From contig CAZAAD010000002.1 in the NCBI GenBank assembly GCA_964483295.1, positions 936 through 64,935 on the forward strand: a stretch of DNA of 64,000 nucleotides. Reading direction: 5' to 3'. The position numbers and the translations under genes are program-made. Within the stretch, counting starts at the first letter, position 1. Each line of letters starts with the position of its first letter. Below the pieces are notes generated by a model, which worked only from the letters and a program-made list of their open reading frames with translations, did not search any database and was not told where the DNA came from. This document shows positions 9,547 through 18,712 of this stretch, one piece after another. Source of the DNA: an uncultured Gammaproteobacteria bacterium. GTDB taxonomy: Bacteria > Patescibacteriota > Patescibacteriia > Patescibacteriales > UBA12465.

Positions 9547-9579
9547 TTTAACAATTTAATAACACTAAAATCACTGATT

Positions 9580-11088
9580 ATGACAAAAGAAAGAGCCTGT
9601 GATGCGTTTTTCAACGCTCAAAGGGAAAGATTCTTTGCGGTTGGATTTGACGATCTTCGTCTTAGGACGGATTATTCGGAAATTCTTCCCGAAGAAGCTA
9701 GGCTGCAGTCCAAGTTCTCTCGGAATATCGATTTGCAGATTCCCATTGTTAGTTCACCAATGGATACGGTGACAGAAACGAAGATGGCAATTGCGATGGC
9801 GATGGCTGGCGGTTTAGGGATAATTCATAAAGGATTATCACCAGCTAGGCAGGCCGCGCAAGTTGCCAAAGTAAAGCACCGGATGAATGCTTTTATCTAC
9901 GATCCAATTTGTGTTTCGGCACAGGATAAAGTTGCTGATGTTTTACGGATGAAAGAGGAGAAGGACTACGGTTTTTCTTCTTTCCCAGTCGTTGACAGCG
10001 ACAAACGTTTACTTGGCATGGTTACGAGTAATGATTTTCAGTTTTGTGATAACCCTCAGGAAAGCGTGATTGCTGATATTATGTCAGCTAATCCTGTTTT
10101 TGCTGAGTCGGTTGATATGGCGAAAGCCTATCAGATTATGCTGACAAATCATAAGAAAATTTTGCCGATAATTAACGTTGAAAGAAAGCTGATTGGTATT
10201 TACACCTTAACTGATTTGAAAAGAATCATGTCTAACAATGCCTCCGGGTTTAATTTGGATAGCAAGGGAAGCTTGGTTGTCGGGGCGGCTATTGGTGTCC
10301 ATGATGATGACTACGACAGAGCACAGTTATTAATTGATAAAGGAGTCAATGTTTTGGTACTAGATACCGCGCATGGTGATTCTTTAAAAGTTATAGCAAT
10401 GCTTCGTTATTTGAAGGCTAAGTATCCGGGAATAGACATTGTTGCCGGCAATATTTCCGAAGGAGCCGCCGCTAAGCGACTGGTTGATGCTGGTGCTGAC
10501 GGTATTAGAGTTGGTCAGGGTCCGGGTTCAATTTGTACCACACGGATTGTTTCCGGCATTGGTCATCCCCAAGTTTCCGCTATCTATGAATGTGCTAAAG
10601 CAATTCGTGGCTCTGGCGTGCCAGTGTGTGCCGACGGCGGAATTAAATATTCCGGCGACATCACGATTGCCCTTGGGACTGGTGCTGACAACGTTATGCT
10701 TGGTAATTTATTAGCGGGCACAACTGAATCGCCTGGAGAAGTTATTTTTCGGGAAGGTAAGGCTGTTAAATTGTATCGCGGTATGGGTTCACTCGGAGCC
10801 ATGCTTGATAACAAGGCTTCACGGGAACGTTATAGTCAGTCAGGTAAAACTAGCGACAAGTTAGTTCCAGAAGGAGTTGAGGGCGCCGTCCAATTTAAGG
10901 GCGAAGTGGCCAACATTCTTTTTCAACTGATTGGCGGCCTGAGAGCTGGCATGGGTTACAATGGAGCGAAAGATATCGCTACTCTGCAGCAGATTGCTAA
11001 TTTTTATTTAGTATCAGCTGCCGGCATGCAGGAGTCACATCCGCATGACCTTTACTTTGTGAAAGATGCGCCTAACTATAAGCGCTAA
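9580..11088 (+). CDS. guaB: IMP dehydrogenase (with CBS pair)
   Basis: SSPMDTVTE, a CBS-pair insert, GIRVGQGPGSICTTR (catalytic Cys loop), and GGIKYSGDI. I prefer the ATG at 9580 (MTKERA...) over the TTG at 9520, which lies inside the repeat leader. Confidence 0.92.
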   Translation: MTKERACDAFFNAQRERFFAVGFDDLRLRTDYSEILPEEARLQSKFSRNIDLQIPIVSSPMDTVTETKMAIAMAMAGGLGIIHKGLSPARQAAQVAKVKHRMNAFIYDPICVSAQDKVADVLRMKEEKDYGFSSFPVVDSDKRLLGMVTSNDFQFCDNPQESVIADIMSANPVFAESVDMAKAYQIMLTNHKKILPIINVERKLIGIYTLTDLKRIMSNNASGFNLDSKGSLVVGAAIGVHDDDYDRAQLLIDKGVNVLVLDTAHGDSLKVIAMLRYLKAKYPGIDIVAGNISEGAAAKRLVDAGADGIRVGQGPGSICTTRIVSGIGHPQVSAIYECAKAIRGSGVPVCADGGIKYSGDITIALGTGADNVMLGNLLAGTTESPGEVIFREGKAVKLYRGMGSLGAMLDNKASRERYSQSGKTSDKLVPEGVEGAVQFKGEVANILFQLIGGLRAGMGYNGAKDIATLQQIANFYLVSAAGMQESHPHDLYFVKDAPNYKR

Positions 11089-12669
<1,581 letters not shown>

Positions 12670-12688
12670 AGCTTAAATTAAATTTTTT

Positions 12689-12720
12689 AAACCGGTGGGG
12701 CAACTTACCGGTTTTTTCTT
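12689..12720 (+). terminator. rho-independent terminator after purA
   Basis: aaaccggt / accggttt stem followed by a T-run. Confidence 0.6.
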
Positions 12721-12751
12721 TGGTTTAATTTAGCTAAAGCTCGTAATTACC

Positions 12752-12779
12752 TTGAAATTATGAGAAAAAAGATTATAAT
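12752..12779 (+). promoter_or_regulatory. sigma70-like promoter for nifS-iscU
   Basis: TTGAAA (12752-12757), 16-nt spacer, TATAAT (12774-12779). Confidence 0.4.
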
Positions 12780-12811
12780 TAGATTACTTATAAATTAATA
12801 GAAATTAAGAT

Positions 12812-13966
12812 ATGCAAGTATATTTAGATAACGCGGCCACGACCAGGCTGGACGCGCGGGTTTTGAAAAAAATGTTGCCTTATTTTGAAAAGGAGTACGG
12901 TAACCCTTCATCTATTCATGGTTTGGGGCAGAGCGCCTGGAGTGCTCTAATGCAAGCCAAAGAAAAGGTAGCTAAATTGATTGGGGGCGAACCAAGCGGC
13001 GTTATTTTTACAGCCAGCGCGACTGAGGCTAATAATCTGATTATTAAAGGAGTCGCTTTAGCTAATCGCACGGAAAAGAAAAATAAGATTATTATTTCTT
13101 CAATTGAACATCCTTGTGTGATGGAGTCGGCTAAATTTTTAGCGCGCGAAGGTTTTGTGGTTGAGTATTTACCAATTAATAATGAGGGTTTAGTTGATGC
13201 GGCCGAGCTAGAAAAAATTATCGGCGACGATACAATTTTGGTTTCAGTAATGGCCGTTAATAATGAAATTGGCACGATTCAGGATATTGAAAAGCTGGCA
13301 AAAATCGCTCATCAGCACGGCGCCTTTTTTCATACCGACGCTGTTCAGGCAATACCGTATTTAAAATTAGACGTCAAAAAGATGGGGATTGATTTCCTGT
13401 CTCTATCTGCTCATAAATTTTATGGACCCAAAGGGGTTGGTTTGGCCTATATTAATCGCAAGATAAAAGTTCGACCGATGATTATTGGTGGCGGGCAAGA
13501 AGACGGCTTGCGCTCTGGTACTTATAATTTACCGGGAATTATTGGTTTTGCGGCCGCTCTAGAACTAGCTTATAAAGAGAGAAGTGCTTATTTAAAAAAA
13601 GTCACGTCTTTGCGCGACTATTTTTGGAAGAAAATTCAAATAGAAATTCCGGAAGTGCGCTTGAATGGCAGTTTAAAAAAGCGCGTACCAGCCAATTTAA
13701 ATATTATGTTTGGCTATATTGAGGGCGAAGCGATTTTAATGGATTTAACTTTCAAAAACATTTATGTCTCAACTGGTTCGGCTTGTTCGGCTTCTGATTT
13801 GCGCGCTTCCTATGTCCTGAAAGCCATTGGTCTTAACAAAAACTTCCTAAATAGTAATATCCGTTTTTCTTTTGGGCGCTTTAATACTAAGGCTGAGGTT
13901 GATTATGTAATTAAAGCCTTAAAAGGGACAGTTAAGCGCCTACGTAGTTTTTCCCCAATAAATTGA
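12812..13966 (+). CDS. nifS: cysteine desulfurase (NifS/IscS type)
   Basis: Class-V aminotransferase layout, PLP lysine in SAHKFYGPKG, and the active-site Cys loop STGSACS. Confidence 0.92.
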   Translation: MQVYLDNAATTRLDARVLKKMLPYFEKEYGNPSSIHGLGQSAWSALMQAKEKVAKLIGGEPSGVIFTASATEANNLIIKGVALANRTEKKNKIIISSIEHPCVMESAKFLAREGFVVEYLPINNEGLVDAAELEKIIGDDTILVSVMAVNNEIGTIQDIEKLAKIAHQHGAFFHTDAVQAIPYLKLDVKKMGIDFLSLSAHKFYGPKGVGLAYINRKIKVRPMIIGGGQEDGLRSGTYNLPGIIGFAAALELAYKERSAYLKKVTSLRDYFWKKIQIEIPEVRLNGSLKKRVPANLNIMFGYIEGEAILMDLTFKNIYVSTGSACSASDLRASYVLKAIGLNKNFLNSNIRFSFGRFNTKAEVDYVIKALKGTVKRLRSFSPIN

Positions 13967-14017
13967 CAAATAGCTAATTTTTAACTATTATTTAATAAGA
14001 ATTTAATTAATAAATAT

Positions 14018-14491
14018 ATGGCACTTAACTATACTAAGAAAACTTTAGATAATTTTTTGAAGCCTAAAAATATCGGTAAAATTGCTAATCCGGATGGTTA
14101 TGCCCAAATTGGTAATATGGTTTGTGGTGATCAGTTGGATTTCTTTTTGAAAGTAGAGAAGGGAAAGATTAAGGATGTAAAATTTCTTTCTTTCGGTTGT
14201 GCTTCCAATATTGCCACTGCTTCGGTGATGACGGAAAAAGTAAAAGGCATGACTGTTGAACAGGCAAAGAAATACGCTTGGAAAGAAATTGTGAAAGATC
14301 TAGGCGGTTTACCTCATCAGAAAGTTCATTGTTCTGTTATGGCAGTTGAAGGTTTGCAGAAAGCAATTACTGATTACGAGAGAAGGTCTGGTGCTCCAAC
14401 CGCGAATATTAAAAAAGCTCCTGTGAAAAAAATAGCCGTTAAAAAAGCGGTTGTTAAAAAACTGGTTGCTAAAAAGAAAGTTGGTAAATAA
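14018..14491 (+). CDS. iscU: IscU/NifU-like Fe-S scaffold with a Lys/Ala/Val-rich C-terminal tail
   Basis: The three scaffold Cys motifs GNMVCGD, FGCASNIA and HCSVMA. The tail is KKAPVKKIAVKKAVVKKLVAKKKVGK. Confidence 0.9.
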   Translation: MALNYTKKTLDNFLKPKNIGKIANPDGYAQIGNMVCGDQLDFFLKVEKGKIKDVKFLSFGCASNIATASVMTEKVKGMTVEQAKKYAWKEIVKDLGGLPHQKVHCSVMAVEGLQKAITDYERRSGAPTANIKKAPVKKIAVKKAVVKKLVAKKKVGK

Positions 14492-14545
14492 ATATATCAA
14501 TTGAGAAAAGAAGAACATTAATAACAAAAACCAAATCATTAAAAA

Positions 14546-14567
14546 GGGTCCTGGTGACCCAAGGAGG
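14546..14567 (+). promoter_or_regulatory. hairpin plus strong Shine-Dalgarno box in front of the PhoH2 TTG start
   Basis: gggtc-ctggt-gaccc (14546-14560), then AAGGAGG (14561-14567), 5 nt before the TTG at 14573. Confidence 0.5.
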
Positions 14568-14572
14568 AAAAA

Positions 14573-15985
14573 TTGGAAGCAAACAAAGCCAATCTGATGC
14601 TACCTGACACCAATGTCTTGATAAGTGACCGCAGTGCTATCACGAACATGATAGACGGCGGCAACTTGGTGGTAATATCTTTAACTGTTTTGCGCGAACT
14701 GGATAAGTTGAAAAATGACAACAGAATCGGTTCGGAGGTTAGAGATGTTATCAAGGATATTAAGGAGATGGTTTTTTCTAACAACGAAAATTTAGTGTTG
14801 GAGCGTAATGTGGATTTCGGTGATTTTAATTTAGACAAAGACAAGCCTGACGATCAGATTATGGCCACGTTTAATTATGTGGTCAAACAATCTCGGTACA
14901 GCGACTATCAGAAGTTTAAGTTAATAACCGATGATCGCAATATGCGAATTATTGCTTTTGGTCTTTTTGGAGATAATCCCAAGATCTCCATTGAAAAGTA
15001 TCGAGCCAATCTCGTGCCTTTGAAGAAAATTCAACGCGGATTACCGACTTTTTCTTTGCGAGAAAAAGATGTTAGCATTTCTTATTCACCTGAAGTATTT
15101 GGGGAGATGCCGGAAAATGGCGGCGCCTTAATTCAGTTAGGTGAATCTGCAGACAAGAAAGGAATGCAAACCATTCTGACTATTCGCAAGGGTGGTAAGA
15201 TGGAAATTATTCCACCTGATTTAAGGTTGTGTGGCCTGCGCGCAGTAATTAAGAAAGAGGATAGAGATGAAATTAACTGGGGCCAGCTTCTTACTTTTCA
15301 TCAGTTAATGGACAAAGGAATTCATTGTGTAGCGATTCAGGGACCAGCCGGGACTGGTAAGACCTTGATGGCAATTGCGGCTGCTCTTGAGCAGCGTGAA
15401 CGCTTTACCGAGCGGATATTAATTAATCCGATGGTGCCGCTTAGTAATCAGCAAAAAATGGGTTTTCTTCCTGGAGACATTAATGAAAAATCTGCTCCCT
15501 GGCTAAAGCCGTTTGAACAGAACATTCATTTTCTGGAAAAGAAGCAGTATGAAGAAATGCGTGAAATTTTTCAGGAAAAAAAGAAGACTGAAAAAAATGA
15601 CAAAAAGTCTAAGAATGGATTTTCTGAAAACAGCGCTGCCTCCGAGAACCTTTGGGAAAAGTATGACTTTGTTTGTCAGCCCCTGGACTATATTAGAGGA
15701 CAAACAATTGTCAACGCTTTCATTATTATTGAAGAAGCTCAGAATTTAACTCAGCATGAAGTAAAATCTATCATTACTCGAGCTGGAGAGGGGGCAAAAA
15801 TTGTCCTGTGTGGAGACTTAAGTCAGATAGACTTGCCTTATCTCTCTGCTCAGAATTCGGGGCTTACTTATCTGATTGATAAGATGAGTGGCAATGAACA
15901 TCGCAATAAGATGTTTGCCGCTTCTGTCTTAACTGAAACTGTTCGTTCTAAACTGGCTGCTTTTGCGGCCGATGTTTTGAAATGA
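14573..15985 (+). CDS. PIN-domain / PhoH-like ATPase fusion (PhoH2)
   Basis: N-terminal PIN-like segment (LPDTNVLISD...). PhoH core with Walker A GPAGTGKT and Walker B-like IIIEEAQN. A K/E-rich insert sits between them. TTG start with an AAGGAGG box; alternative ATG at 14597. Confidence 0.85.
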   Translation: MEANKANLMLPDTNVLISDRSAITNMIDGGNLVVISLTVLRELDKLKNDNRIGSEVRDVIKDIKEMVFSNNENLVLERNVDFGDFNLDKDKPDDQIMATFNYVVKQSRYSDYQKFKLITDDRNMRIIAFGLFGDNPKISIEKYRANLVPLKKIQRGLPTFSLREKDVSISYSPEVFGEMPENGGALIQLGESADKKGMQTILTIRKGGKMEIIPPDLRLCGLRAVIKKEDRDEINWGQLLTFHQLMDKGIHCVAIQGPAGTGKTLMAIAAALEQRERFTERILINPMVPLSNQQKMGFLPGDINEKSAPWLKPFEQNIHFLEKKQYEEMREIFQEKKKTEKNDKKSKNGFSENSAASENLWEKYDFVCQPLDYIRGQTIVNAFIIIEEAQNLTQHEVKSIITRAGEGAKIVLCGDLSQIDLPYLSAQNSGLTYLIDKMSGNEHRNKMFAASVLTETVRSKLAAFAADVLK

Positions 15986-16013
15986 TTCTGAAATGATTTA
16001 ACATGATTAGAGA

Positions 16014-16039
16014 GCGCTTCTTAAAGAGGCGCTTTTTTT
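16014..16039 (+). terminator. rho-independent terminator after PhoH2
   Basis: gcgcttc / gaggcgc stem (7 bp, one G.U), loop ttaaa, then T7. Confidence 0.55.
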
Positions 16040-16044
16040 ATAAC

Positions 16045-16080
16045 AAAAAACACCCCGCCTTGCGGCGAGGTGTTTTGTCT
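16045..16080. terminator. bidirectional hairpin terminator between the convergent PhoH2 and RRM genes
   Basis: aacaccccgcc / ggcgaggtgtt stem (10 bp, one mismatch), flanked by an A-run upstream and a T-run downstream. Confidence 0.6.
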
Positions 16081-16107
16081 ATTGTTGTAAAAACAGAGGG
16101 AAGACGC

Positions 16108-16365
16108 TTAGAATCTCTTTTCAAGAGGGCGTGCTTCGTTAACTACGACTCTGCGGCCATCTAACTCCTGATTGTTGTACATCTGGATAGCTGCCTCAGC
16201 TTCATCATCGTTTTCCATTTCAACGAAACCGAAACCCTTTGAACGTTGGGTCATGCGGTCCATGATAATGGTAGCGGATAAAACAGTACCGGCCTTAGAA
16301 AAGGCTTCGGCGAGAGTCTGATCAGTGGTCTTGAAATTCAAGCCACCAACAAATAACTTTTTCAT
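16108..16365 (-). CDS. RRM-type RNA-binding protein
   Basis: RNP-2 LFVGGL and RNP-1 KGFGFVEM. Length 85 aa. Confidence 0.9.
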   Translation of the reverse strand: MKKLFVGGLNFKTTDQTLAEAFSKAGTVLSATIIMDRMTQRSKGFGFVEMENDDEAEAAIQMYNNQELDGRRVVVNEARPLEKRF

Positions 16366-16420
16366 TTTCGTATCGCTTAACTTAATAAATGGTAAGGCGA
16401 CCTTTTTAAGCTAAAGAAAG

Positions 16421-16439
16421 AGCGGACTTTGGGTCCGCT
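16421..16439 (-). terminator. hairpin downstream of rplA that also lies inside the predicted 5' leader of the RRM gene (terminator or attenuator)
   Basis: agcggac / gtccgct stem with loop tttgg. On the minus strand it is followed by CTTTCTTT. Confidence 0.4.
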
Positions 16440-16471
16440 TTTCTTTACAAAATTGCTTACCTACAAGATGT

Positions 16472-16500
16472 ATTATATCCTATTTAGAAAAATAAGTCAA
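16472..16500 (-). promoter_or_regulatory. sigma70-like promoter for the RRM gene
   Basis: The minus strand reads TTGACT (16500-16495), 17-nt spacer, TATAAT (16477-16472). This gives a leader of about 100 nt. Confidence 0.5.
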
Positions 16501-16504
16501 GTGG

Positions 16505-17200
16505 TTAGGAAATGGCAACTTTTACACCAGCGCTCATTGAAGAAGAAAGGCTGATATTCTTAATGAAACTGCCCTTAGAGGAGCTTGGCTTAGTCTTTTT
16601 TACAGTTTCTAGTAATGATTTATAGTTTTCTGTTAGCTTGTTATTATCAAAGCTAACTTTGCCGATAATAGCATGTAAATTGCCAGTATCATCATTCTTA
16701 AAGCTGATTTTACCCTTCTTTAATTCCTCAACTGATTTAACTGGGTTTTGAGTGACGGTATCATTTTTTGGAGATGGCATTAAACCTCTAGTACCTAAAA
16801 TTTTAGCAATCATGCTTAAATTTTTCATCATCCCTGGTTCAGCAATGGCTACTTGAAAATCAGTCTTTTCCGTTTTCTTGATTTCAGCAATCAATTCTTC
16901 GCCGCCGACTAAATCAGCCCCAGCCGCTTTAACGGCTGCTTCATTTTCCGGAGAAACAAAAGCAGCAATCTTGATAGTTTTGCCAGTGCCGTGAGGCAAG
17001 TTGGCCGCACCTCTTACTTGTTGATCACTTTTCTTGTTGTTGATACCGAGACGGAAGTGAACTTCAACGGAAGCATCAAATTTGGTCTTGGTTAATTTCT
17101 TAACAATCTCTAAAGCCTCTTCAATGCTGTAGGTCTTGTTTTTGTCGTAGATAGTAGAGTTATCTACTTTCTTTTTAGTAACTTTCTTTTCAGTTTTCAT
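16505..17200 (-). CDS. rplA: 50S ribosomal protein L1
   Basis: L1-family sequence (RLGINNKKSDQQVRG, LPHGTGK, MPSPK) in rplK-rplA order. Start taken at the ATG at 17200 (MKTEKK...) rather than the longer ORF. Confidence 0.92.
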   Translation of the reverse strand: MKTEKKVTKKKVDNSTIYDKNKTYSIEEALEIVKKLTKTKFDASVEVHFRLGINNKKSDQQVRGAANLPHGTGKTIKIAAFVSPENEAAVKAAGADLVGGEELIAEIKKTEKTDFQVAIAEPGMMKNLSMIAKILGTRGLMPSPKNDTVTQNPVKSVEELKKGKISFKNDDTGNLHAIIGKVSFDNNKLTENYKSLLETVKKTKPSSSKGSFIKNISLSSSMSAGVKVAIS

Positions 17201-17267
17201 AGTCGTGGTCAGGCGTTTATTTATAATCAAGTGATTAAAACTAAACTCCCACAATTAAATTAATAAA

Positions 17268-17690
17268 TTATTTGATTTCAACACCCATCTGACGAGCAGT
17301 GCCGGCAATAATTTTCTTGGCGGCTTCAATATCGTTAGCGTTTAGGTCCGGTCTTTTGATAGTAGCGATTTCTTCTAATTGCTTATCAGTAATGCTACCA
17401 ACTTTTTCGGTTAAAGGCTTGCTTGAACCACCTTTGATGCCAGCTGCCTTCTTAATTAATTCACTAGCAGGCGGAGTTTTTAGGATGAAGGTATAAGTTC
17501 TATCTTCATAGACAGTAATTTCCACTGGAGTGATTTCACCCATTTTATCTTTAGTCTTGTCGTTGAACTGTTTGCAGAATTCAGCGATATTAAGGCCATG
17601 CTGACCTAAAGCTGGACCGACTGGAGGAGCTGGATTAGCTTGTCCGCCAGCGATTTGCAACTTAATTTTTGTTTTTATTTTTTTTGCCAT
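17268..17690 (-). CDS. rplK: 50S ribosomal protein L11
   Basis: [26 protein letters not shown]... matches the L11 signature. Confidence 0.95.
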   Translation of the reverse strand: MAKKIKTKIKLQIAGGQANPAPPVGPALGQHGLNIAEFCKQFNDKTKDKMGEITPVEITVYEDRTYTFILKTPPASELIKKAAGIKGGSSKPLTEKVGSITDKQLEEIATIKRPDLNANDIEAAKKIIAGTARQMGVEIK

Positions 17691-17751
17691 AAAATTTTAC
17701 TAAGGACGTAGAAGCCCGCCCGTTATCTTTAATTATCAATATTTATAATAT

Positions 17752-18297
17752 TTACGCCTTTTTAATTTGTAAGAAATCTAATTCTACCGGAGTCTCACGG
17801 CCGAAGAGGGAAACAGAAACTTTAACCTTTCCTTTCGCCTCATCAACAGCAGTAACTTTTCCTTCCATATTTTTGAATGGTCCTTCATTAATCTTGACCG
17901 GAGAACCGACCACGACATCAATCTGAAATTTAGGATCTTCCACGCCCATTCTTTTCTGTAGAGCCTTAACTTCGGCGTCGCCAATTGGAGTTGGAATTGT
18001 GCCGGTGCCAATGAAACCGGTAACATTCGGAGTGTTTCTGACAATATACCAAGATTCATCAGTTACTACCATTTCTACTAAAATGTACCCAGGGAATATT
18101 TTTTCTTCAACGACTTTGCGTTTGCCATTTTTGATTTTAATCTTCTTTTCGGTAGGAATCAGAATATTGAAGATTTTATCTTCCATGTCCAAAGATTCTA
18201 CTCTTTGTTTCAGGTTCTGGGCAACGTTTTCTTCGTAGCCAGAATAAGTATGGATGACGTACCAGCGTCGGCCTTGGTTTAAAAGTTGCTTGGCCAT
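17752..18297 (-). CDS. nusG: transcription termination/antitermination factor NusG
   Basis: WYVIHTYSGYE NGN-domain start and a C-terminal KOW (GSPVKINEGPFKNMEGKV). Sits between secE and rplK. Confidence 0.95.
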   Translation of the reverse strand: MAKQLLNQGRRWYVIHTYSGYEENVAQNLKQRVESLDMEDKIFNILIPTEKKIKIKNGKRKVVEEKIFPGYILVEMVVTDESWYIVRNTPNVTGFIGTGTIPTPIGDAEVKALQKRMGVEDPKFQIDVVVGSPVKINEGPFKNMEGKVTAVDEAKGKVKVSVSLFGRETPVELDFLQIKKA

Positions 18298-18338
18298 AAA
18301 ATTTAAGAACTATTTTAATTTTTTATTGATAGATTTTT

Positions 18339-18518
18339 TTAGACGACGAATTGTAGTCCGTAGTTGAAAATGAAATCCAGGGCCCCTAAGAAAGCGGCAG
18401 TAATTAAACTGAGGGCGATAACTAGAATAGTATAATTTCTAGTTTCTTTCTTTGTCGGCCAAGTAACCTTTTTCATTTCGGCAATTGACTCCTTGATGTA
18501 GTTGATTAATTTGTTCAT
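18339..18518 (-). CDS. secE: preprotein translocase subunit SecE
   Basis: Single-TM protein with EMKKVTWPTKKET, directly upstream of nusG. Start taken at the ATG at 18518. Confidence 0.85.
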   Translation of the reverse strand: MNKLINYIKESIAEMKKVTWPTKKETRNYTILVIALSLITAAFLGALDFIFNYGLQFVV

Positions 18519-18576
18519 AAAAGCACAAAAATAGGTAATTAAAAATAGCCTTGTGGCCACCTTTTTATCTAACTAA

Positions 18577-18605
18577 ATAATACATAATAGCGCTTTCCGT
18601 GTCAA
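18577..18605 (-). promoter_or_regulatory. sigma70-like promoter for secE-nusG-rplKA
   Basis: The minus strand reads TTGACA (18605-18600), 17-nt spacer, TATTAT (18582-18577). Confidence 0.4.
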
Positions 18606-18712
18606 GACTTCAGGTGGGCTCAGTTGGTTGCCTTTTCGCTATAAACAGGCTAAAATAGAAGCAAAGAGTCGTATTATACGCTAAAATTTAGCTATAGCTA
18701 AGATATTTTACT

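Noticed and set aside
9520-9579. TTG start at 9520 for guaB (N-terminal MKNSKIQKFFNNLITLKSLI).
   Set aside because: The extension is translated from the AAAAATTC repeat leader and begins only 8 nt after the predicted -10 box. IMPDH homology starts after the ATG at 9580.
12916-13275. Long antisense ORFs in the six-frame track. Examples are 12916-13275, 33970-34344, 34600-34962, 14539-14844, 24963-25358, 57248-57658, 41619-41951, 338-559 and 10439-10714.
   Set aside because: Each lies entirely within, and opposite to or out of frame with, a gene carrying unambiguous family motifs (nifS, dnaX, serS, phoH2, tsaCE, GT4, xer, tsf, guaB). Their compositions are low-complexity or Ser/Leu/Arg-rich, as expected for shadow frames.
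17201-17254. N-terminal extensions of rplA (to 17254) and secE (to 18560) in the ORF track.
   Set aside because: The extra residues (MWEFSFNHLIINKRLTTT; MATRLFLITYFCAF) are not L1- or SecE-like. Internal ATGs at 17200 and 18518 give canonical N-termini.
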